A DNA stretch of 63,218 bases, counting the filler, from Octopus bimaculoides (Eukaryota), in the NCBI RefSeq assembly GCF_001194135.2. It is 4 parts of 3 records of this genome, joined end to end, with 100 filler letters (N's around TTAATTAATTAA, not from the genome) between each part and the next. Parts side by side here need not be neighbours in the genome. Positions count along the whole stretch, not along the records: positions 1 to 29,715 come from NC_068982.1; positions 29,816 to 46,850 come from NC_068982.1; 2 more parts are not named here. One strand, given 5' to 3'. The notes under the pieces are model-generated. The model was given only the letters and a program-made list of their open reading frames with translations. It ran no database searches and had not been told where the DNA came from. Shown here piece after piece: positions 26,290-36,934 of the stretch. Numbering within the stretch: position 1 is the first letter of the stretch; each line of letters begins with the position of its first letter. A program made the position numbers and the translations under genes.

Positions 26290-28025
26290 CAAATTGATCT
26301 GAAACTAAGAGAGAGAAATTTCATCAGAGCACTTCTTGTGGCACTAACGATAGAAAAGATTAAGACTGGCTACGTCACGTTGATTGTGACAAGGATTGCC
26401 AAGTTGAAGCAAGAGAGAGACCAATCATATTACAGAATCACTTCTGAACCCGTTTGAGGAAATCCAAGTGACAGGATAGTGCATCTGCCCAAATATGACA
26501 ATGATATCCCATGCAAAGACGAATTGCAGACTTGTAATAGCGCCGTATGTGAGGTAGTCGTTTGACTTATTCAGTGATACAACCTTACGGGAAGCAGACG
26601 TACCAATTGACTGTATGCAAGGGCCCCAAGAACGATCAAGTGAGAAATTAAGACTAAGGTGTTTCAAAGAAGACCTTTCCTCTTGTGTTGACTCTCATTT
26701 TGTGACACCTAAGACCTATAACTCATGAAAATGGAAGGAAGATAGGGATCCCGCTTCCTACTGAAAGGCATGAATCTTACCTCATTTCTCAACAGCTTGC
26801 AGATCCACCTCAAGATTCGCATCAAATTCCAACCGTTTCAAGGGAGAGACTGCCAGGGCAACCGAAATAAAGAGTAGCATCCTTAGCATAAACATTGATA
26901 GATAAAAGAACATTGGAAAGAAGATCGTTGATGTAAGAAACTATGAAGAAAGAGAAATGAGGATGAACAGAACTAGATGAAGACTGAACCCTTCAGGAAT
27001 ACCGGTATTGATAGAATACTCAGAAGAAGTAACACCATCCAGAGTCACACACACAAAGCAATCAGAAATTCATGACTTGATAACGTCAAAAACCTTTCCA
27101 CACAGACGATATGCAGAGAACTTATAGAGCAAAACAGCATGCCAAACCCTATCAAAGGTTTTGAATATATCCAGAGCTATACCACGTTCCTCTCCTGATT
27201 TATTCATCAATCGGTTGATGCGGTCTGTATTAACAGTCAGTAGATCAGCAGTAGGACGAGAGCCACGAAAACCATACTGAACATCAACTAGGAGTCCCAA
27301 ACATTTAATATACTCAACTAACCTGTTGTTGATGAGACGTTCAAAGACCTTGTTAACAACCGAGAGGAGACGAACAGGACGTTTTTTTTTATCAGAAGAC
27401 TCCTCATCATTCTTAAAAATTGATATTAGGTACCATCCAGCAAGGTGGAAGACAAGACTTAGCAAGACAAAAATTAAATAACTTAAAGTGCAAAGAAGAC
27501 ATCTTAGGAGCAGATTGTTTCAAGACAAATACAAGAATGTTGTCACGAATATATGCTTTACACTGTTCAAACCCAGAGATCAACGTTACTAATTTCTTTG
27601 GTATGACTACAAAATCAAGAGCCTATTCTGTAAGAGAGGGAAATTCAGGAAGAGATATATTCGAATCATTAAGAGTGGAGTTAGCAGTAAACAAACGAAG
27701 AAAGAGGTAAGTCTTTTTCTGCAGAGAACCTAGAACATCTGACACCATCAAAAGCTGGGGGCTCGACAGACTTACCATGATTGATAATACTATTGTAGAT
27801 TTTCCAAAAGTGGCGACGTCCAAGGTGCTATAAAGGCAATGGATTCACGAACCCAGCGTGCAGTAGAAGACTTAGCTTCAATGATAGCTCTTCTGCATCA
27901 ACATTAGCGAGCCGAGACTGATCCCGCTAAAAGTATTGATAAAAGAGAGTCCGATGAGTAGTAGCATTAAGCCAAGTCAGAGAGTGAAGTTTTACTCAAA
28001 AATTGCGACTAGGAATAAAAGTATC
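26290..28025 (-). mobile_element. Decayed CR1/L2-group LINE, RT region
   Basis: ORF 27070-27465 has RPVRLLSVVNKVFERLIN...QYGFR...ALDIFKTFDRVWH; downstream GIPEG...YINDL...YAKDATL and RDVASLNLFYR; upstream FTANSTLNDS...LPEFP. Confidence 0.9.
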
Positions 28026-29196
28026 AATACCAATCTGTACTCACTCTGCGAATTCAGCAGCACCATTTGATGGGCATCACTAATTTTAATGGAATGGTTC
28101 AATACGGCGAACTATGCTGTTTATAACACCAGATGTCTGTAGAGACAGAAATAAATTTCACTGGCATCAATAGTGTTGATCACTTACTAAGCACTATTTC
28201 TGATCATGAAATGTGACACAGTTTAGTCGATTATCTATGGTGATGTGGGTCGCTAACAAATGAACATATACCAAAATTTCGCAGGAATATTGATAGATTT
28301 TGTAATGTCCTTAGCTCAACTGCTTCTCCCCACCAGGCATTTAATGCTCTCAGTGGATTATTCCAATTGACTCAAATATCTACCACCGGTATATATGTGT
28401 CATTGATAGAAATATTGATTTCTATCAATATATTCAATATATTGATTGGGAGAATGCAACAAACGTCCGTACCCGCACTGAAACAGTAATAACTTGAAAT
28501 TCCAATCTCCTAGGATAAATACATATTTTTTGATTCGACACCTTGTACAGATTATATGCCATCCAGTCATCATGTGCGAATATTGATTTTTCATAATAGC
28601 TTAAGGCTACAAAATTGGAAGAAGTGGGCTTAAGCGATTAACTAGGTCTTGATGTGTTTTACGAAAGATAAAATCAAGCCCACTGGGATATGAGACATTT
28701 TTATATTATTATTTATAGAGGGAGAATTCATTTCAAACAAGTTGATATCTTGACAGTTTGGCTAGAGAAAGAAAACATATAAAGATGAGTAGATATATTG
28801 TAATTCGATTGAGATAGAAGCAATAAAAAATAGAGTGAAAGCCTGCTGTCAATTGTGAAAAGTTTTAGAAAAGCTGAAACAGCAATAGCTGTCACGGAAC
28901 TTGTCACATTATTCTCAATGTTTTAGTATCAATATGATAATATATCATATACATCACACTCGATGTATATATGAAATATATGATATAGAATCTCTTTATT
29001 TCCTTTAATTTGCAAAGCTCATTTGCATCTATATTATATCAATATAATATATCCGCACATAACGTTATGATATCTATATAATTATAGCATCCTTATTTGC
29101 GTGAGGAAATTAGTGTGTGAGCTGGTGTATTAGGAACAGTAGAAAATCATGAAGTATTCACTTACCGCACTTAACATTATGACTTTAAACACTCAC

Positions 29197-29230
29197 CAGG
29201 GATTGAATCTCTCTCTAATTCTTTAACGTC
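29197..29230 (-). CDS. Candidate 34-nt exon, possibly the end of the cadherin membrane-adjacent domain
   Basis: GCTAATTATTTTCTAG|GACGTT...CCCTG|GTGAGT; reads DVKELERDSIP. It lies across a linker from the confident exons. Confidence 0.4.
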
Positions 29231-29649
29231 CTAGAAAATAATTAGCAGTTATCTACTGAGGAGGGCGACTTAAGCCACTGAATCATTTCCATTTAAAATT
29301 ACAGCATTGAGCTCCAACAACTGATTTCAGAGAAAATGTTCCTTGTATATGTCCTAGTCCAAGAATTAATTTGAACAGGAAATATTTAATGATGAAGGAT
29401 CCGGGTGATCTGTCTCATAATAACGTAAGGAGACAAATATACAACCATTTGTTACAATAATTTCATATCCCTAAAGTAGATAACGTTCCTTCGTCAGAAT
29501 GATGTAAAATGTGCTTCTGATTGGATGATGTGCCACCGCGTATGAAATTTGTCGTGGAAATTAACATTTTGTTAATTTCATTAATAGCTAGATATCTCCA
29601 ATGTCTTTATAAAAAAAGAATCACTTCAGCCAGTTAAAACGGGGGCCAC

Positions 29650-29715
<66 letters not shown>

Positions 29716-29815
29716 NNNNNNNNNNNNNNNNNNNNNNNNNNNNNNNNNNNNNNNNNNNNTTAATTAATTAANNNNNNNNNNNNNNNNNNNNNNNNNNNNN
29801 NNNNNNNNNNNNNNN
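29716..29815. other. Synthetic scaffolding linker N44-TTAATTAATTAA-N44
   Basis: Exactly 100 bp, with stop codons in all six frames; identical at 46851-46950 and 56852-56951. Confidence 0.95.
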
Positions 29816-29830
29816 TTTAGGAGGAACTAC

Positions 29831-29873
29831 CTTTTTAGTTGCATTATTAACTGCATATAAAACCAAACTTGTC
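29831..29873 (-). CDS. Exon 3 of a CDH23-like cadherin membrane-adjacent domain
   Basis: TTTTATTTTATCATTGTAG|G ACA AGT...; reads (R)TSLVLYAVNNATKK, in phase with exon 34197-34289. It either ends at AAG|GTAGTT or continues (VVPPK) into the gap. Confidence 0.72.
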
Positions 29874-30310
29874 CTACAATGATAAAATAAAATGAAAAAT
29901 ATATTCATAAAATGCAAAATAGCAACATTACACACATACAGAAACCCAATCAATCAGGTAGATATCACCTTGTCAAACTAAGTCATTTACCCCCTTAAAA
30001 TTGATCACAACATCGTAAGCTAACCATTTTTCTCTCTCCCTTCAAAATATTATGATTCCTCTTTTTGTTTTACTTTTTGTCTTTTCTTTCTTCCCCATTC
30101 TTTTTTCAAGTATCTAGAGACATCTCCAATTATAGATGAAGGGACAAGTTTCTAAGTTCTACAACACATAGAAGAGTCGAAAGGGCACACAAATCAAAAC
30201 TTTTGTTAAATTACACACACACACAAAACCATGACTATATGATTGAGAAGCAAGTTTCTTAACCAAACAGACATGTGTGTATGTGTGTGTATGCATGTAT
30301 GTATGTATGT

Positions 30311-31450
30311 ACAAAGGTAAGTCAAAAGTTTTGCAATATTTGCATACAGGTTAGTTTGTTAGGTGTTTCTATTGTATACCTGAAATAGTTCAAGCTGTGG
30401 AAGGTAATGCTGAGGTTGGTAGCATCGTGGTAGTGCAGTGATGTGTTGTACATTGTTTCCCTCTACATGTGATCTGAATGTGCAATGAAGTCTAATTCAT
30501 GAATATATGTTTTGTATGTTCAAACTGGACCAAAACCATTTGTTGCACAAAACGTGAAGGCGCAGTTGATCAGAGTACAGTAACCAGATGATTTGAGAAC
30601 TTTCACTTGGGTTGCAAGAACCACGACAATCAGGTAAGGTCAGGCAGGCCTAAAACCATAGATTCTGAAGCCATAAAGCTATAAAAGTAAATCCAGTAAG
30701 TAGCACTTGGAGAGTATCGGGCAAGTTCAGCCTCTTATAGTCCAGTGTGGCTTGTCACCTTCACAACCTCAGCAAAAACAACTGGTGCTGCTAAATTCAG
30801 CCTCACAAAATGACCCCAGCTCAAGTACAGAGCAAATGAATGTTTTGCAAGGAACTCCTGGAAAATCTGCATGAACTACAGTTCCTTAAGAGAATAGTAA
30901 CATGCAATAGAAAGTGAATATTTTCCACAATTCATGCATAAGTAGTGGTTAAGCAAGAGCCAGCTTCTGGAACCTGTCACAAAACATGAGCATTCTGAAC
31001 ACAAGGTGACGTTCTGCATGGAATTATGAGGAGATAATTCACGATAAGTTCATCCCAGATGGTTGAAATATTGCTGCCAGCCTGTACTCCAAACAGCAAG
31101 TGAGTATGTATGCAATTATGTAGCAAAAATATCCAGCACTGGTTAACAGAAAGTGAGCCCTGCTACAGCAAGACAATACAAGACTTCATACCATTCAAAC
31201 AACTGAGGGAATTGAACTAATACCCCGCCCAGCAAATAGTCGAGCCCTAGCAACTTCACAACTTATTCAAATCCATGGCTTGATTCCTATGCTCACAATT
31301 TTTCATCAACTAAAACGAGATGGAAGCTTCAGCAAAGCAGTTCTTCACCTCAATGGACAAGAACTGGTATCAGCATGGAATCAAAGAACTGGCAGAAAGG
31401 TGGCTTCAGGCACTGAAACACGATGGCATCTACTTTCAATGCTAGGCTAC
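30311..31450 (+). mobile_element. Decayed mariner (DD34D) transposon remains
   Basis: HTH-like AVDQSTVTR...RSGRPKT at 30560-30660, LLQQDNTRLH at about 31160, and C-terminal FFTSMDKNWYQHGIKELAERWLQALKHDGIYF at 31345-31440. Confidence 0.8.
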
Positions 31451-31545
31451 TTTTGTTGTAACTTGATGAATAAAGCAAATAAGTCATCAAAATGTTGCAA
31501 AGCTTTTGACTCGATCTGGTATGCATGCATGTATGTATACATGTA

Positions 31546-32340
31546 CAGGGTCTTGCAGATAAACTGAGACCAATTTTAAGCAGTTGACTTAGTGGGTTTA
31601 ACATTTTGTGTTTTGACAAAATCTTTCTTGCTTGGAAACCTAATCCTCCTCTTTATTTTTCAGGTAAATAACAAACTGATTTAACAACAGAATCTTTCTG
31701 CCATTGTTATTCTGACATGCACTGGGCACTCTGCCAATAAAATTGTTAAGTTGAGAAAACTTCCAAACAGCAACATTTTTTCATGTGCATAAACTATTTA
31801 AAGAAGAAGTGAAGATTGAAAGAAAAGAACACAAGACTCAAAGTGTTTCCAAAGGCAATTCAAAGTTTCTTGCTAACTTCAAATGCTCGACTGAAGTCAA
31901 CCCATCCACATCTATGACAACTCTTGCAAAGAAATGCAAAGTGTCCCTTTCCACAGTGTCCAGAGCTGTGAACAGGGACTTTGGCATGACTAGCTATGTT
32001 CAACGATGCTGTCGCCTCCTAACAGCCAAGGCCAAAGCAATCAGAGCCAAGAGATGCCCAAAGCTTCTGTCATTCATCAAGCATCAAGGTACAGGATAAA
32101 CTCTTGTGTTTGTGGACGAGAAGCTCACTGTAGATGCTGAGGTGAATCACAAAATTCTCAAGTGGCTGCATACAACACTTCTGACGTCCCCCCCTGTGTT
32201 TAAGACTAAAAATTCTACCTCTGTGATGGTATTTGGAGCCGTGATGAGTGATGAAAGTGTCATGGATCCATGCTTCATTGAGTCCGGCTTGAAAATTGGC
32301 ACAAAGGAGTATCTGGATATCCTGAAAAACTCTTGAACAG
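31546..32340 (+). mobile_element. Truncated Tc1/mariner, maT-like
   Basis: TA-CAGGGT left end; HTH ORF 31785-32099; FVDEK...KTKNSTSVMVFGAVMSD in 32106-32336; broken by a LINE fragment. Confidence 0.8.
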
Positions 32341-32780
32341 TTCTTGTTGCCTCCTCCAGTAGCTCATCTGTTTCACCAAGCCAGTCTTCTTTGTGTAGTG
32401 GCACTGCATTACCTCAAGTTCCACCACCAATTTGATGCTCTGTGGTGACCACAGTTGGAGCAGTAATCCAGATAAATGTATTCCATAGGAGGACAAATGT
32501 ATTCTATACGAGTTACAAGGCATCCTTATTTTTGGTTCCAAATGATCTAAGGATCCATCTAGCTGCTCACCTGCACAGTGTTCTTATCTTGGTAATACCA
32601 TGTTGTGGTCTGAGAAGAATGATGGTGAAACATTGCTGGTGAAACATTGTTGGTGAAACAGAGCTCTAATAGGTTATCATTCCTGGTTGGGGAGAGCATT
32701 GTTTGCTCCTTGAACAGCATTTTTGTGAGGTCAAGTAGAGATTCTGCTTGGTTATGCTCTGGGGTAGTTGAACCTCTGTA
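32340..32780 (-). mobile_element. CR1-like LINE endonuclease and linker fragment
   Basis: ORF 32559-32798 has EQTMLSPTRNDNLLELCFTNN, matching the APE endonuclease C-terminal motif PTR..NILDL.FTN. Confidence 0.65.
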
Positions 32781-33440
32781 TCTGGCTTTTGTTAACATGG
32801 AGAAAACCTTTGACAGAGTCCCCCCCCCTGCTCCCTTATCTGGTGATCAATGTGGAAAGTAAGAATAGATGAGTGGCTGGTGAGACTTGTACAAGCCATG
32901 TACAGGGATGCTGTTAGTAAGGTAAAGGTTGACAATGTACAGAAAATAGACTCCATCAAATGCCAGCAGGGAAAACTAGTAGTTGATAGCTTCTGTTATT
33001 TAGGTGGCCAAGTCAATAGTGGAGGTGGATGCTCTGAGAGTATAGCTGCCAGAATAAGAATAGGCTGGGTAAAGTTCAGAGAACTCTTACCTCTGTTGGT
33101 AACTAAGGGCCTCTCCCTCAGAGTGAAAGGCAGTTTGTATGATGCCAGTGTGTGAACAGCCCTGCTACACAGCAGTGAAATATGGGTTATGACTGCTGAT
33201 GATATGCATAAGCTAGAAAGAAATGAAGCTAGTATGCTTTGTTAGACGTCCAATGTCAGTGTACATGTACAACAGAGTGTTAGCATTTTGAATGAAAAGT
33301 TGGACATAAGAGGCATCTGATGTGGTGTGCAAGAGAGATAACTGCAACGGTGCAATCATGTGACACATATGAGCGAGGATAGCTGTGTAAAACATCTAAC
33401 CCATACCAGCATGGAAAGCAGATGCTAATGATGGTGATGA
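32775..33440 (+). mobile_element. Internally deleted RTE LINE
   Basis: LYLAFVNMEKTFDRVP, IDEWLVRLVQAMY, DSFCYLG...AARIRIGWVKFRELLPLL; the RT core is deleted; (GAT)-like tail. Confidence 0.88.
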
Positions 33441-33506
33441 TGATATGATAAATATGTATATATACATATATATGTGTATTTATGCAATTATGTATATATA
33501 TGTATG

Positions 33507-33573
<67 letters not shown>

Positions 33574-34196
33574 ATGCACATATGATATATATATATGTAT
33601 ATATCTACATACATGCATGCATAAATATGTATATAGATGCTAATTTTATCAACTACAGAGTAATAAGCACAATGTTACCACAGGCAGGATTTTTTTTTTA
33701 CCCTAAACATAAAGAAATGTAATAATACATAGTAAATCATTTAGTCTGAAACTCTACTGTGTATAAAGTAGAAACATTGTTGTTCCTAAATCTCTCAAAG
33801 AGAGATATTCAGTAGCAGCACTTCAAAGTAACGATTTTTTGCCAACCTAATGTGACAGTCCCATTTTGGGGTGAATGCTACTGTTGTTTAGCCCTAGTAG
33901 ACATCGTCTTCAGTTGGCAATACAATACACTATCTGTGTCCTTATATTTTCGAACAGGGGAGGTTAGCACCCCCACCCAGCACTGCTTTGTGCTAGGTGG
34001 AGGGTGGCAAAAAAAATATACTATCTATGTTCTTGCACTATTCTTTGTTATAATGTTAATTACAATGGTTTCTGCATTGTTATGTTTTAATTCCATCTTT
34101 AGTTTTATATGAAGACTTAAACTACCGAGGGAATACTTGCACGCACACACACACATATACACAGCAGTAAAACAATTATATAAAATAAGAAAATAC

Positions 34197-34289
34197 CTGA
34201 GAGGATCGAGTTGACCTTGATCATTTTTGGAGACATCAAGTCTGCCAGGAACAATTTCATATTCATCTCCCACGATTGATTGAAGAAAT
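34197..34289 (-). CDS. Exon 2 of a CDH23-like cadherin membrane-adjacent domain
   Basis: TGTATGTTTCTAG|A TTT CTT...CTC AG|GTATTT; 93 nt, phase 2-2, reads FLQSIVGDEYEIVPGRLDVSKNDQGQLDPL. Confidence 0.78.
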
Positions 34290-35531
34290 CTAGAAACATA
34301 CACATACAAACATTAGAGATGGAAGAAGTAGTATTACTAGCAAAAGCAATCTTTATACCCTACTAAACATGGATATATTATTAAAGCACTGAATACTGTA
34401 GCATTTGCCTTGAGAGGTCTTCTCATATAGATATACAATGCTAAAAGCACTCACATACAATGTAGCAGACAAGAACTTCCAAATCACATAATTTCAGCAT
34501 ACTGCACTTCTTCAGTGGCAGGTGCCCAGCTGTAGAAACCACACCAAAGCAGACAACAGAGCTTAGTGCAGTCCTCTGACTAGATGCAGATGTGGTTGTG
34601 TTGTAAGAATTCTGCTTCCCAACCAAATGCAAAATAGTCATTATAATACGTTGTTACTCAATATGTTCTCTAACATATCTTTTCATGTAAACATAAATCT
34701 TATTCCACGTTTGCTCATTATGTAAAGTCTTTATAATTGCTCCTAATCGTGACTAAATCTCTTCGCTCATTATTTAAGTATTATAACATCAGTTTACTTT
34801 CTCCTACTAGTATACTCTCTTTCAGCATGCTTCCTTCTTCCACTACCCCACTACTTTATCTCAATGTACATCTCTTTCTGCCACTTTGACAGACCAGATG
34901 GCATTCCTAACTGATCTACTGTCTGCTTCACATAAATTTAACCACCCATGACGTTTGCTTTGAACAGGATGGCTTTAACTTCATCTTCTTGCCCTCTCTG
35001 TTTCTTCACTTCTATCCCTGTTCTTTTCTTCTTATATTGTAGAAGTTTTTCTTCCTCTTTCCCATACATCTCATTCTGCTTCCTCTCCCCTTTTAACCAT
35101 TATATTTGCTTGCACTACGATATGAATTGCGTTTGCCAATCTTCTTTTGATGAGAGGAGCCAGATTTATTGCAATACCTTCATGTGACTGGTTACTGGTT
35201 ACATACCCATGACATTTTGCACATTTCACCTGAAAATTATGATTATTATGATTATTTCATAACTCTGAGCTTCTTGAAGCAGCTGTCATAGTAATAAATT
35301 ATATGTTCTATTTTGCATTTTTTGTGATATATATAAATACACACACACAGAGAGGCACACATGTGCACACACACATACACACACACACAGTTTGATAAGT
35401 GCCAGCACATGAAACTCTTAGCCCTTGAGTCACTCTGTTGCTTCTGCTGAATATTAATAAAAAAAAATATGCATACACTCATATTTTGAGTTCTATTTTT
35501 ACTGTTTGTATCACCAGACACACACACACTA

Positions 35532-35594
<63 letters not shown>

Positions 35595-35596
<2 letters not shown>

Positions 35597-35627
35597 GAAG
35601 GGAAATAGCCCTGAAACTCGAGTCGCC
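35595..35627 (+). ncRNA. 5'-truncated hammerhead-like remnant
   Basis: ACGA-AGGG AAATAG CCCT-GAAAC TCGA GTC-GCC; the CTG and the stem I 5' strand are replaced by a (TA)n run. Confidence 0.45.
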
Positions 35628-36145
35628 TTTATATATATATATTTATATTTATATATTTATATATTTGATCCTTTATATTGAACACTCAATATTTCATCTA
35701 CATTCAATACCTTCTTTCATGGTGCCATCCATTTTTATTTTATTTTATTTTATATTGTATATTGTATATCATATTATATATTGTATATTCCATATTCTAT
35801 ACCCCACATTAGTTCTGCAGGAATATAAATAAAACATAAAAAACAGACAGTGTTGGAACTCTTTTAAGCAAAATAATATATTCCTCTATACACAATCATA
35901 CAAAAAACCCCACCTTTTTTGTATTTATTTTTACTCGCATATATATATATATATATATTATGATATATGTAAACAAACTAATGTTTGTTTTAGAAGCGTT
36001 GAAATGTGCATTGTGAGATACAAATAAGATGATAATTTATTTTCAAATACATAAATGCTGGTAGAAATCAGAAAAATTTGTCAGCAACCAGCAACCACTT
36101 CTCTTTGATTATCAGCCAAGTATTTTAGGAACTAAGCTAAACTTC

Positions 36146-36217
36146 CCACTGACAACTTAATTGGTAAAGCACTTGACCAGTAGTCAAAGGAATGTGAGTT
36201 TGAGTATCATGGCTGGT
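36146..36217 (+). pseudogene. tRNA-Thr-like pseudogene or SINE head
   Basis: D-arm-like CTTAATTGGTAAAG, anticodon arm CTTGA-CCAGTAG-TCAA (AGT), T arm GTGAG-TTTGAGT-ATCAT; T5 run downstream. Confidence 0.5.
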
Positions 36218-36448
36218 TGCTGACAAATTTTTCTGCTTTCTATGGATATTTTATCCAATCTCTGCAGTTCTGTCAGTCTTCATGCATTTGAAAATCAATT
36301 ATCATCTTATTTGTATCTCACAATTCTCATTTCAACACTTCTAAAATAAACATTAGTTTGTTTACATCTATCATAGTAACATTTAGCCTTGCAATGTTCT
36401 GCTTTGTAGCATTATAAGTTCTAAAATTGCAGATTAATTTGTCAGTAG

Positions 36449-36519
36449 GCAGCTTAGCTTAATTGGTATAGTAGGTGATTGGTAATCAATGGGATGTGAG
36501 TTTGAATCTCATGGCTGGT
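36449..36519 (+). pseudogene. Second tRNA-Thr-like copy
   Basis: GGCAGCTTAGCTTAATTGGTATAG...GTGAG TTTGAAT CTCAT GGCTGGT, with the same 3' flank as 36146-36217. Confidence 0.5.
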
Positions 36520-36706
36520 TGCTGACAAATTTTTCTGCTTTCTATCAATATTTTATTCAATCTCAACTGTTTTATCAACGTTTAAATATATATAAATAGT
36601 GTTTATATACATATAAATATGTATACGCACACACAAACACACACACACTCAATATACAATGGGGTTGTGTACATATATACGTAAGAAAAAACATCAGTGT
36701 CCTTAC

Positions 36707-36795
36707 TTTATAAATTCATGGCTTTGACTCCTAACCTTCTCAATTGGCTTTGCAAACACAATTTTGACCTCATCAGATTCAGATAAAATATGAAT
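36707..36795 (-). CDS. Exon 1 of a CDH23-like cadherin membrane-adjacent domain
   Basis: TTTTGCTTTTTACAG|ATT CAT...ATA AA|GTAAGG; reads IHILSESDEVKIVFAKPIEKVRSQSHEFI(K). With the next exon it gives 15/37 ungapped identities to human CDH23 IYILRDDQRVKIVINEIPDRVRGFEEEFIHLLSNITG (recalled sequence). Confidence 0.8.
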
Positions 36796-36934
36796 CTGTA
36801 AAAAGCAAAATATATATATTTCATTAGATATTATAACAAATGATAAGAAAATATATGCATCCCATGTAAAAATCAGTCCTATCTCAGTAAACATTTAAGG
36901 ATCTCTTATAATAATTTGGCTACCGGTCATTAGG

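Noticed and set aside
29760-29771. TTAATTAATTAA as a biological palindrome or piggyBac footprint
   Set aside because: Identical N44 flanks at three sites show it is a synthetic linker.
34197-34289. GDEYEIVP similarity to SMC4 (GDDYEVIP, recalled)
   Set aside because: The flanking in-phase exons fit a cadherin membrane-adjacent domain far better.
34640-35220. Pyrimidine-rich tract as a LINE ORF1 (SILVGES motif)
   Set aside because: A single weak motif with many stops.
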